From positions 1 to 42,879 of IMG/VR virus record IMGVR_UViG_3300032225_001776: a DNA stretch of 42,879 bases; one strand, written 5' to 3'. Positions 29,043 through 38,212 of this stretch are shown in pieces. Each line of letters begins with the position of its first letter. The first letter of the stretch is position 1. The translations under genes were made by a program, and so were the position numbers. Under the pieces are notes generated by a model. The model searched no databases, had not been told where the DNA came from, and worked only from the letters and a program-made list of their open reading frames with translations. The DNA is from a virus (taxonomy: Duplodnaviria > Caudoviricetes).

Positions 29043-29906
29043 TTATCCATATGGGCGTGTAGCCGGCTTATAGTTAGCAAATACACGGTCAATTACAGGT
29101 TGTTCAATTCCGTATTTGGCCAACACAGATTTTGTGACCTCCAGACTACGGAGATCAGGTAATCTTCGATTGTGTTTCCAAATAATACAGGTTGTGTCCT
29201 GATCAAATTGTTCAGCTTGCTGTAACATGCCTTCATAAGTTTGATCTGCCCACCCGCCACTGATAAGGAATGGCATTTTTTTAGGATTACGTTGCCATGG
29301 TATTCCACTTTCATCATCTGTCCAGGCATAAACATAGTATGCTATCCATTCGGTAGTAAACGGAAAACTTTTCCAAGTAGTGTAGCTGTTGAATTTGTTA
29401 TTTAGATAATCCCAAAATTTACTTAGATGATTAACATTCCAGATCCAAGGGGTAAGGTTACTGAGATTGGGTAAATGATCTACATTTTTATCAACCAACT
29501 GTCTTACATCTGGTTCTAAATCAACCAGTTTACCGGGTAAGTAGTAAGTTATTCGATATCGGTTGTTGGGTTTGAAAGTAGAAAGATCACAAGGTTTTAA
29601 AATAAAATCTTTGCTGTCGAACACAACAACATCGTCGGCACCAGAATTAACGCTGTAAACTACTTTGTTAATTTGTTGTTCGTGCCAGCCAATTTCAGTA
29701 GGATATGCAGTAGGTTTAATTTCAATAGTCCACTCACTGGAAAATACACAATCAACAATGTCTTGCACACGTTGATCATTGGTATTTTTTCCAATGACCA
29801 CAATTAGATTTTTTTGCCCTTGCCAATTTTTTGTCAAGCAATAACAAAACATTTCAAACTGTGCTAGATCGTCTTCAAAAGTAACTACCAATAATTTATG
29901 TGTCAT
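29043..29906 (-). CDS. Putative glycosyltransferase-like protein (DUF6492-like)
   Basis: GW.EQQ..K followed by VVFDSKDF..KP (degenerate DxD); start 29906 lies after TAAATA and downstream of the gp23 terminator (the track start of 30041 is inside gp23). Confidence 0.5.
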   Translation of the reverse strand: MTHKLLVVTFEDDLAQFEMFCYCLTKNWQGQKNLIVVIGKNTNDQRVQDIVDCVFSSEWTIEIKPTAYPTEIGWHEQQINKVVYSVNSGADDVVVFDSKDFILKPCDLSTFKPNNRYRITYYLPGKLVDLEPDVRQLVDKNVDHLPNLSNLTPWIWNVNHLSKFWDYLNNKFNSYTTWKSFPFTTEWIAYYVYAWTDDESGIPWQRNPKKMPFLISGGWADQTYEGMLQQAEQFDQDTTCIIWKHNRRLPDLRSLEVTKSVLAKYGIEQPVIDRVFANYKPATRPYG

Positions 29907-29938
29907 GCATATATTTAAGTGGCTAAAATTACACCAAC

Positions 29939-29963
29939 AAAAAAGGGCCTTGCGGCCCTTTTT
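29939..29963 (-). terminator. Intrinsic terminator after the major capsid gene
   Basis: AGGGCC-GCAA-GGCCCT stem with a GNRA loop and U tail. Confidence 0.9.
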
Positions 29964-30003
29964 GTCCTTCCCATCCCTGGGTCGATAAACAAACAATCTC
30001 TGA

Positions 30004-31200
30004 TTAGGAGAATGACAAGTTTTGAACTGCGATCTCGCCAACGTAGTCAGCTGCGTTACCGAAGCTGGATGCTGTGTTGGTCAACTCAACGAAACCATAA
30101 CGTGTCATAAATGATACGACTGGTTCAAAAGTTGATGGATCTAAAACAACGCCACTGCTCATCAACGGAATGTATGGGCAATAGAACGCTGCGGCATCAG
30201 CTTCGCTTGTGCCCTTATAACCGACCAATACAGAAGCTGTATCAGAAGCATAAGAGTTAACAAACACACGCATTGCACCGTTCAATGTACCAACAAACTT
30301 GGTGTTTGTAGGTGCTTCGAATGTGCCTTCTGTAGTGCGAGCGAAAGCAGAAGTTGTTGCAGATTGCAACACTGTCAAACTTGCTGGAGATACAACTGCC
30401 CAGTTACCAGCGCCACGACGTGTGCGCTGAGCGATCAAGTTAGCAACGCGGTTGATCAACACTGCCAAAGCGGCATGCTCATCACCAACGAATGTTGCTG
30501 TACCAGATACAGTAGCTTGGTTGTATGTATACTCAGTAGCTGCCAATGTAGACAAGCTCAAGAGAATCTCTTGGTCAATCTCAGCTGTGATCTCTTGTGC
30601 AAGAGCAGCCATGATTTCAGCTTCTACATCGATACCGTGCATGGCTTGTGCATCTTGGGCAGATTCAAATGTCCAACGAGCTTGTAACTTGCGTGTCTTA
30701 GCTTCAACAGCTTGTTTCAAGATCTGAACGGAAATTTGCTTACCGCCTGTGCCTTCCATCGTTGCTGTGTTGTTACCTGTGTAACCAGTAGCTGTTGTAG
30801 TAGCTTGTGGCACTGTAGAGTAAGCAGTAGCAATTGTGAAAGGACTCAAAGCTTCTTGACCAGCTTGGACGCTTGTGGCGGCTGCTGAGTTGTCAGTTAA
30901 ACTTTGTGCATAGCGAACACGTAATGTGTGGATTTGACCTACAGGTCCTGTCATTGGCTGAACACCAACTAACTCGTTAGCAATAACAGTTGGCATAACA
31001 CGACGAATAACTGGCAGAATCACACGGTTTAATGTAGCGATGTTACCACTTACTGTAGAACCAGAAGATGCGTTCTCACGCAAATACTTCTTGGTATTTT
31101 CAAGGATTACGCTCATAGACGAACGCTTGGAACCAGAAAGGCCTTCCAAGAGTGCGTCTTTAGTTTCGTCCCAACGACCTTCTAATAATTCTTGTGACAT
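30004..31200 (-). CDS. gp23: Major capsid protein (gp23-like)
   Basis: RRVMP..IA.ELVGVQPMTGP.G, TRKL.A.WT.E.AQD, EI..EID.E, TRRG.GN, FYCPYIPL and F.P...FMTRYG motifs; AAGGAG RBS. Confidence 0.97.
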   Translation of the reverse strand: MSQELLEGRWDETKDALLEGLSGSKRSSMSVILENTKKYLRENASSGSTVSGNIATLNRVILPVIRRVMPTVIANELVGVQPMTGPVGQIHTLRVRYAQSLTDNSAAATSVQAGQEALSPFTIATAYSTVPQATTTATGYTGNNTATMEGTGGKQISVQILKQAVEAKTRKLQARWTFESAQDAQAMHGIDVEAEIMAALAQEITAEIDQEILLSLSTLAATEYTYNQATVSGTATFVGDEHAALAVLINRVANLIAQRTRRGAGNWAVVSPASLTVLQSATTSAFARTTEGTFEAPTNTKFVGTLNGAMRVFVNSYASDTASVLVGYKGTSEADAAAFYCPYIPLMSSGVVLDPSTFEPVVSFMTRYGFVELTNTASSFGNAADYVGEIAVQNLSFS

Positions 31201-31227
31201 TTAAGTCTCCTTTTATTATATCTTAAA

Positions 31228-32328
31228 TTACAGCCCTGCCAAACGCTTTAGATCGATCACATTGCTGGTATTGTCAGCTACTTGATCTGCATCTGGACTG
31301 CGGGCAGATTTATCGCCAGTGGCTTCAGACAATGATTCTGTGATTACTTTTTTGGCTTTCACTGAACGATCTTCTAAAACTGCTGGTAGATACTTTTCAA
31401 AAGCATTCGACAAGCGACTTGTCTGGACACTTTCAAGCAAATTACGCATCACTTCTTGTTTTTCCTTGTTCAAAGGAGCAAGCAATTCCTCTAAGGCAGC
31501 TTCACGCTGATTAGATTCTTTAAGGATACGCATTTCGCGTTCTTTGGATTCGACCAGAACTTTTGCTTTCTGAGCGAATTTGATGGCTTCAGCTAGTTTA
31601 GAATCTTTGGCAGCGATTGTGTCATGCAGTTTACGAACTTCTTGCTTCTCATTTAAATGAGTTGCACCAAATTCACTTGCATACGCTTCAAAAATACGAC
31701 GACCAAAATTGTTCTCACGAGCAACTTTGATGTCTTCTTTCAACTGACTGAGTTCACCCTTTAGATGTTGACTAACAGCACTGGACATCTTCTTGGCACT
31801 TTCTGTAACGAAACGTGATTTGAGTGTTTCCAATTGTTTGCGAGCTTCACGCACCAAACGAACTTTTGTGTTGACCACATCTTGTTTGTCTGTTGCAAAT
31901 TCTTGAATCTCACGTGCAAGAGCATGAACCACAAATTGTTCCAACTTCTGAACACCTTCTGTGTGCATCTTGCGGTCTTTACGCAGTTCGCCAATTTCTT
32001 CAGCAAGTTTTGTCACCATAAAGTTGTTGAACTTTGTAGCCGACTCTTTCATCTTGCCTTGAAATTTAACGCGATCTTCAGCGAGTGCTTGCTTTTCAGC
32101 TTTTACTTGCTCAAGTTCTGCGGTTAAACCATCTGTTATCATACGATCCAGGGCTTCCACCATCACTTGTTTATCATGTTCATAGCGTTGTGCAAACTCT
32201 TCGCGGAGTTCTGCACGTACCTGTTCACGAGCTTCGTTCAACTTGGCTTCCCATGCTTCTGAGATCTGCTGTTGAGCTTCTTCGTTGATAAGGTCGCTAT
32301 CTAGTAACGGTTTAATAGCATCTAGCAT
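31228..32328 (-). CDS. gp22: Prohead core scaffolding protein (gp22-like)
   Basis: Coiled-coil, Glu/Lys-rich protein between protease and capsid genes; start at MLDAIKP (32328). Confidence 0.8.
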   Translation of the reverse strand: MLDAIKPLLDSDLINEEAQQQISEAWEAKLNEAREQVRAELREEFAQRYEHDKQVMVEALDRMITDGLTAELEQVKAEKQALAEDRVKFQGKMKESATKFNNFMVTKLAEEIGELRKDRKMHTEGVQKLEQFVVHALAREIQEFATDKQDVVNTKVRLVREARKQLETLKSRFVTESAKKMSSAVSQHLKGELSQLKEDIKVARENNFGRRIFEAYASEFGATHLNEKQEVRKLHDTIAAKDSKLAEAIKFAQKAKVLVESKEREMRILKESNQREAALEELLAPLNKEKQEVMRNLLESVQTSRLSNAFEKYLPAVLEDRSVKAKKVITESLSEATGDKSARSPDADQVADNTSNVIDLKRLAGL

Positions 32329-32329
32329 A

Positions 32330-32977
32330 TTATTTCCCTTCAATCTTGAGACCACGTATCAGACGCATTACTTCTTCTTTAACGTATCTCTGTGCTTTGC
32401 CGCTCTTAGCTGGGTCTTTGAACATATCCAACAATTTTTGTCCGCCTTTGTGATTCAAAAGGCCTTCATAAATTGCTGTAGGATATGCATTTGGAGCACT
32501 CGGCTGAGCAACCACATCTACAGTAACAATTTCAAAGTCACTGACATGTCCGGTTCTGTCGTCGACATTTCCTGATCCACGACTACTAACCCCTAGTTTT
32601 ACACCGTTAGTCAACATGGTTTCTACCAGTTTGCCCATCGGTGTAGGTAATATTTTTAACGTGCCCATCCCAGCTGGACCATCCATCCACATTTTTTCAA
32701 TCATGTGACTTACACGATCCAAATTAATTTTCAAGTCATCTGGGTGATCAACTTCACCTAGAACTGAATGGCCTGTTTTAATTTGTTCGTTAATGGTGTC
32801 AACTGCCTTGGCAATTTCATTTACTGGATATACTCGTTCGTTGGCGTTACGGACGCCACCTTCAATGCAAACACCTTTTAACTTCAGGGTTTTGCCGGAG
32901 CCATCGTGGGCTTCCTCAGACAGGATTTCAAGACCTGCCTGAGTGAAGCTTAGATGTTCTTTTAGATATCGAGCCAT
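32330..32977 (-). CDS. gp21: Prohead protease (gp21-like)
   Basis: N.N.RVYP, GEVDHP, RVSH, TPMG, LGVSSRGSG and D.VAQPSAP.A motifs. Confidence 0.95.
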   Translation of the reverse strand: MARYLKEHLSFTQAGLEILSEEAHDGSGKTLKLKGVCIEGGVRNANERVYPVNEIAKAVDTINEQIKTGHSVLGEVDHPDDLKINLDRVSHMIEKMWMDGPAGMGTLKILPTPMGKLVETMLTNGVKLGVSSRGSGNVDDRTGHVSDFEIVTVDVVAQPSAPNAYPTAIYEGLLNHKGGQKLLDMFKDPAKSGKAQRYVKEEVMRLIRGLKIEGK

Positions 32978-32986
32978 ATCTCTGGA

Positions 32987-33820
32987 TTACGCTTTACCAA
33001 CTGGTGATTTTGTATTAACACCACTTGCTTGAGCTGTAGTAGGCTTTGGAGCTGCACTTAATTTGGAATTAGCACCACCTTTGCCTGGTACATTTTTAAA
33101 CTGGCCTGCTTGTGGCAAATCGCCAGTTTTTGGAGCTGAACGGCCTTGTGCTGTATCGCCAGTCATTTTAACTGGACTTGCAGCCATGCCCTTTGCACCA
33201 CTGTTAAAAGCAACTACGCTTTTATTGTTAGCACCGTCGTCGCCATGCTTGGGAGCAGGAACTTTGTCTAACGTTACATTTTCCATCATGCCCATGGTGT
33301 TTTCGTCCATGTCAAACTCTGATGTGTCTGTGTCGTCCATCTCTAAAGCATCGCCGCCGTCGATATCAGAAACACTGTCGCCACCTTCGCTGCCCATGAT
33401 AGCTTCAAATTCTGCCATGAGTTCGTCTAATTTGTCTTCCAAATCAACCACGCGATCTTCGATGTCGCCTTCGCCTTCATCGTGATCCATTTCCATGTCA
33501 TGTGTTAGATCTTCGCCGTCTTCTTCAGCTTCGTCGTCAAATTCAGCATCTGAATCATCTTCCTGCATGCCTTGTTCTTCAGCTTCGATGTCGTCGATCA
33601 AGTCATCACTGGCATCTCCGCCAATGGATTCGTCCATTTCTTCTGCATCGGCTTCTAACTCTTCGTCGGAACCGTCTTCGTCTAACTCTTCTTCCTCGTT
33701 CATCAAATTTTCATAGATTTCACGGGATTTTTCTACCACAATGTCGTGGAATAGTTCTTTGGCTTTCGCCTCTTCATCATTGATCACGTATTCGATCAAC
33801 TGTTCAAATTTATTAGTCAT
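32987..33820 (-). CDS. Acidic prohead core protein (gp67-like position)
   Basis: Very D/E-rich N-terminal half; lies between portal and protease; GGAGGA RBS before ATG 33820. Confidence 0.6.
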   Translation of the reverse strand: MTNKFEQLIEYVINDEEAKAKELFHDIVVEKSREIYENLMNEEEELDEDGSDEELEADAEEMDESIGGDASDDLIDDIEAEEQGMQEDDSDAEFDDEAEEDGEDLTHDMEMDHDEGEGDIEDRVVDLEDKLDELMAEFEAIMGSEGGDSVSDIDGGDALEMDDTDTSEFDMDENTMGMMENVTLDKVPAPKHGDDGANNKSVVAFNSGAKGMAASPVKMTGDTAQGRSAPKTGDLPQAGQFKNVPGKGGANSKLSAAPKPTTAQASGVNTKSPVGKA

Positions 33821-33926
33821 ATTTTCCTCCAATGGTTATGGCTCGTTAGATATTTACATCTAACTTATAATATTGGTAGTTTTGAGGCGGAAAAGTGGGT
33901 ATATTTGACTATTATGTTACAGCTAA

Positions 33927-34148
33927 TTATAGTCCAGGAGCAGCCGGAGGAGGTGCGTATTGTTTCTTAACGTGTTTGAGTTTTTCTTTATACTCGTAAC
34001 TACGCACATCCTGCATCTGACGCAGCTTGTTGAGCTGGCGCAAAGTCAGACGAGTTTTGCGAAGATTGCCCAGTTGTGGTTGACTGTTATCTTGACTAAT
34101 GTCTTGATAAGCTTCAGGGCTTTTTTTGTATATTTCGTTGAGAATCAT
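33927..34148 (-). CDS. Small basic prohead-associated protein (gp68-like position)
   Basis: 73 aa with RKTRLTL..LNKLR; late promoter overlaps the portal stop codon. Confidence 0.6.
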   Translation of the reverse strand: MILNEIYKKSPEAYQDISQDNSQPQLGNLRKTRLTLRQLNKLRQMQDVRSYEYKEKLKHVKKQYAPPPAAPGL

Positions 34149-34156
34149 ACTAGTAT

Positions 34157-35998
34157 TTATACACCAGGCACTCCGCCAGCGGTTGGTGGCGGTGCGCCGG
34201 CAGTACCAGCAGTTCCAGGCGCTGTAGTCGGTGCCCCGGGCATACCACCTTCTGGGCCTCCTGGAGCATTTGCACCGGTTAATTCTTCACCGGTAGCAAT
34301 ATCACTTTCCAGTCCAGCTGGTGTAATACCGATTGAACGTAGGTCTTGCCCTTGTGTAGTTTCTAATTCTGGCTGATCGCGCTCTTCTTTCCAGAGTGTT
34401 TCGTTTTCTACAAGTTCTTCTTCGGTTAAGCCCAAATAACGTTTCATCAAAAAACGCTTGCTCATGTAGGGCAACGGTTCAATTGCAGCAAATGATGAAA
34501 TACGACTGGTGTCTAATTCGCTTTGACGATAACTGGCAAAGTTTTGTGGCTCACACAAGCTAATACTAAACAAGCCTGCGTCAATGTTAAAACCTCTCCA
34601 ATGCAGGAACATTTTGAATTCGTCATCTAATTTCTGCATAATCAGGCGTTGCAGGCGCATACAATACTGGTTAAATCGATATTCTTGGATCAAGGCTGTA
34701 CCCACTTTACCGTCATTCATGGCACGATCCGAATCATCTGGACCTGTGGGCAGATAGCTACTAGGCACACGCAAACCACGTGCCATTTTGTTATTAAAGT
34801 ATTTTAAGTCGTCAATTTCGCCAAGATTAGCACCGCCGGGCAGGGTAGTTACATCCGATCCGCGGCTGTCTGCTGACACCGGAAAAAAGTAATCTTCGTT
34901 AATACTAAGCGGATTGTAACTGGCATCCATCATGTTGGCTCCACCACCGGTGTTGGTAGGAATTCTACGCTGATGCATTTCGTTTTTGACCCGTTCCACA
35001 AACTGCATGGCCATATGACTTGGCATGTTGCCCACGTCAATCTTGAAAATTCTACGCTCTGGAGCACGTTGCACACGATAAATCAGCACTGAATCTTCTA
35101 GCAATTCTTTTTGTTTGAACACTTTGAAAATGTTTTCCAGTATACTTTGTCCAAATGGCCAAAAGTAATCTAAACCTTCGTTTAGACTCAAATGCACCAC
35201 GTGACGAGCATCAATACAAGTTTCGTTCATGGCCTGAGTAAAACGGCTGTTGCCTACACCGCCATTACCTGTGCCACCGCCTGCTCCGCCACCGCCAGGA
35301 CTGCTATAATTGTTGGTGTTGGTACCGCCGCCCAATGCACGGCTCACATAGTAATCACTTGTAGTCTTTTGAGCCACACTCATGTTTTGGAAGTTAGGAT
35401 TGATGTCACGAATAATATACTGCTCGGGTCGCTTGCCTTCACTTTCGTTGACAATAACACGAGCCACTTTGACCATGTCAACCCACATCATTTCAAATGT
35501 TTCTGGGTCGCGCACAAACACCTGATCGCCGTACTTGATAGTGTTACGGAATAATTTAAACACCCGTTGATCAAGTTTGTTTAGTTTGGTCCACTGTTGC
35601 AACTGTTTTTTAATAATTTCCACTTCGTGATCAGTGGGCTTGTCTGTGAAATTGATGTCAAATGGAGTTTTATTGTCTTCGTTAACCTGTGTGCTAAATT
35701 CTGCAATAATGTCCAAACAGGCGTTGACTTCTGAATCACAGTCCATGTTCTCATACTGATTATAGCGTTCAATACGATTGGGATGTCCTGAATATACTTC
35801 GGGCAATCGGCTAGCATAGTTACGAAACGCAAAGTCGTTGGGTGTGCCACCTGTGCTGTAGTCGCCGCCTGTTTGTCTAGGATATCCGTCTAGTCCAAAT
35901 TGATTTTGACCTGAAATCGGGCTCAGTTGGCCGCCCGTGTTTGCTACTTTGAAATATTTTTTCCAACCGGGTTTACGAGTATTTTGATTGTCTGCCAT
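34157..35998 (-). CDS. gp20: Portal protein (gp20-like)
   Basis: YRVQRAPERRIFKIDVGNMP, EDYFFP, TTLPGG.NLGEIDD..YF and L.VP.S motifs; start MADNQ (35998) after TAAATA (track start 36094). Confidence 0.95.
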   Translation of the reverse strand: MADNQNTRKPGWKKYFKVANTGGQLSPISGQNQFGLDGYPRQTGGDYSTGGTPNDFAFRNYASRLPEVYSGHPNRIERYNQYENMDCDSEVNACLDIIAEFSTQVNEDNKTPFDINFTDKPTDHEVEIIKKQLQQWTKLNKLDQRVFKLFRNTIKYGDQVFVRDPETFEMMWVDMVKVARVIVNESEGKRPEQYIIRDINPNFQNMSVAQKTTSDYYVSRALGGGTNTNNYSSPGGGGAGGGTGNGGVGNSRFTQAMNETCIDARHVVHLSLNEGLDYFWPFGQSILENIFKVFKQKELLEDSVLIYRVQRAPERRIFKIDVGNMPSHMAMQFVERVKNEMHQRRIPTNTGGGANMMDASYNPLSINEDYFFPVSADSRGSDVTTLPGGANLGEIDDLKYFNNKMARGLRVPSSYLPTGPDDSDRAMNDGKVGTALIQEYRFNQYCMRLQRLIMQKLDDEFKMFLHWRGFNIDAGLFSISLCEPQNFASYRQSELDTSRISSFAAIEPLPYMSKRFLMKRYLGLTEEELVENETLWKEERDQPELETTQGQDLRSIGITPAGLESDIATGEELTGANAPGGPEGGMPGAPTTAPGTAGTAGAPPPTAGGVPGV

Positions 35999-36014
35999 GG
36001 TTGTATATTTACCG

Positions 36015-38210
36015 TTAACCTTGTGCGTAGTGTAACATTTTACCGCTGGCGTCGGCAGTATTTCTGGTTGCCGCTTTGATTCTATTTTGAACATCTACGT
36101 GACCTTGTAGCAAAGAGACAATGCGTTTGTTCGAGTTAGACATCTTTTCAAACATTTGCACAAAATTTCCACTGTTGTTATCAAGTGGGATCACTGCTTC
36201 GTCGCCGTGTAATACAGCAGGATATCCAGAATTTGGACCAGAAAGCATGCCACCTACTTCGGCAGTAGGCGCACCGTTCCTTAATAAATTTACCACTTCA
36301 GGAGCACGGCCGCCTACTTGACCATACCACTTGCTGCCTTCTAAGTTTGCGGCTGCGGCTGCCACATCTTGTGATGCCAATTGCTTTTTCAACATGGGCC
36401 ATTTGTCAATCCAACTTGCACCCATGTTGAATGTCAGATCAGTCAACGCACCTTGTCCTTTGGTGTTCAACTTGTCAAAGCTAGGTATACGCTGTGCCGC
36501 AAGTCTATGACTGGCATAATCCTCGTCAAACATTTTCATTATTTCATCGTTGGAAAATTCTCTGTTCCATTCTTTGGGTAAAGATTTACCGTCACCAATC
36601 AAATGTCCTACACCCACTGTCCACAACCCCAAGCTGTCTCGATAAGGTCTATTGCGTATGCCTTCGTGACGGATGATCATTTTTTTAATGTCATCTTCAC
36701 TCATTCCGCCTGTTGATGCTTGTTGCATTGCGGGCGGAGCTCCAGGACTGCCACCAGCTCTGCTTTGAGACTGTCCGTCAGTACCTGATGTAGGCCTTGC
36801 GCCCAATCCACCTACACCACCAGATGAAGCACCTGGAATTAAACGGCTAACACGTTCTACTAGATCTGTGGTCCATTTGGCAAATTTAGTTGATGCCGGT
36901 ACCATCATTTGAACAAAATCATCGCTGGCCTGTGCGGTCTTAAGCATGTTCTCAGCAATTTTGGCCTGGCTCTTAGTGGTACTGTCAACTCCTGCAATTT
37001 GATTTTTTTGTTCAGTTACAACCGTTTTGGTATCCGTAACAATAGTTGCAACACCTTGTTTGAATTCTGTCATGGATTTTAAACTTGGACCAAAACTTAC
37101 ACCAACCTGGGCAAGGCCTTTGTTGATCTCCATCATTCCAGGAGTGATACTGTCGGCCACTCCTTTCATTGATTCTGCCGCTGTTCCACCACTTTTAAAG
37201 AATTCTTTGCTAAAATACTTCATGCTTTCACCGCCAGTGGCTGTCAAAACATCAGTAGAACCTGTTATTGCTCCATTGAAGTTGGCGGCAAATTCAGCAG
37301 CCATTTTTGGCCCGCCTTTAGCTAGTGCCAAGTTGTATGCCTGGAATGCTTGCTCTCTGGCTTTTTCGTCCAGGTCCTGAAGTCCAGCATAAAATGTTTC
37401 AATCTGCATGGCCTGTTCACGAGCATCTTCTTGCTCCTTACGAGTCATGCCAGTCATCTTGGTTATTGCATCAAGTTCCTTGAGGTAAGCCACAGTACCA
37501 TCAGTTAATTCTTTGTCAGTCTTTCCTCGCAGTCGTCCTAGTGCACCTTCTTGGGCTATGTATCCAGAAAGTCCAGCATTCATGTCATCAACTGTGAATC
37601 CCATCCTTCTAAACTTTTCTCGGTCCTCCGCAAATCCAGCAGCCGCACGTCCCATAACTCGACTGCCTTCAAGAGCACTACCATAGAACTTGCCCAGGGT
37701 TTTACTATTGCTAGAAAGAACATTGTTTAGTTGTCCTAATTGATCAGTCGTATAACCAAACTCGCGCATTTTTTCATAAACTTCGTCCATGGCCCTGCCG
37801 CCGGCCATGCCAGACTGACTTAGCTGTTTGTAAGAATCAAATAATTGATTGCTTTGTTTTAAAGCCGCAGTATTGAGTGCCGCAAGAGCTTTGGTCATTT
37901 CTCCTATGACTCTGCCAGCAGGACCAAATTTGGCTGTGTATGAAGCAACTACATCAGCACCACCTTCAACTGTTTTACTCAAGGCCGCAGTTGCATCTTG
38001 CCCTTTGATCATGGTTGCGGCCAGGTCTTTGGAATTGGTACCTAATTGTGATATACTTTGTTTTAAGGCTGCAGTATAGCCTCGCATGCCGGCTGCATAG
38101 TCTTTTCGGGCTTCTTGTAGTTGTTTGGCAGAGATATAGCCAGCTTCATACATTTCTGTTTGTTTAGCTATCCATTTATCTAGCTCTTCAAGAGAGTCAA
38201 AATCTGCCAT
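36015..38210 (-). CDS. Tape-measure/baseplate-hub-like protein, copy A, with GH24 (T4-type) lysozyme domain
   Basis: About 470-aa helical N-region; HEGIRNRPYRDSLGLWTVGVGHLI has the E-x8-D-x5-T triad of T4 lysozyme; C-terminal GG..SGP.SGY...LHG.EAVIPL. Confidence 0.8.
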   Translation of the reverse strand: MADFDSLEELDKWIAKQTEMYEAGYISAKQLQEARKDYAAGMRGYTAALKQSISQLGTNSKDLAATMIKGQDATAALSKTVEGGADVVASYTAKFGPAGRVIGEMTKALAALNTAALKQSNQLFDSYKQLSQSGMAGGRAMDEVYEKMREFGYTTDQLGQLNNVLSSNSKTLGKFYGSALEGSRVMGRAAAGFAEDREKFRRMGFTVDDMNAGLSGYIAQEGALGRLRGKTDKELTDGTVAYLKELDAITKMTGMTRKEQEDAREQAMQIETFYAGLQDLDEKAREQAFQAYNLALAKGGPKMAAEFAANFNGAITGSTDVLTATGGESMKYFSKEFFKSGGTAAESMKGVADSITPGMMEINKGLAQVGVSFGPSLKSMTEFKQGVATIVTDTKTVVTEQKNQIAGVDSTTKSQAKIAENMLKTAQASDDFVQMMVPASTKFAKWTTDLVERVSRLIPGASSGGVGGLGARPTSGTDGQSQSRAGGSPGAPPAMQQASTGGMSEDDIKKMIIRHEGIRNRPYRDSLGLWTVGVGHLIGDGKSLPKEWNREFSNDEIMKMFDEDYASHRLAAQRIPSFDKLNTKGQGALTDLTFNMGASWIDKWPMLKKQLASQDVAAAAANLEGSKWYGQVGGRAPEVVNLLRNGAPTAEVGGMLSGPNSGYPAVLHGDEAVIPLDNNSGNFVQMFEKMSNSNKRIVSLLQGHVDVQNRIKAATRNTADASGKMLHYAQG

Positions 38211-38212
38211 AA

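Noticed and set aside
29907-30041. N-terminal extension of ORF 29043-30041 (and the similar long starts at 7297, 10047, 10102, 12800, 14019, 27822, 32355, 36094, 40603)
   Set aside because: The extensions run across terminators, promoters or neighbouring genes; internal ATGs fit the promoter, RBS or coupling signals better.
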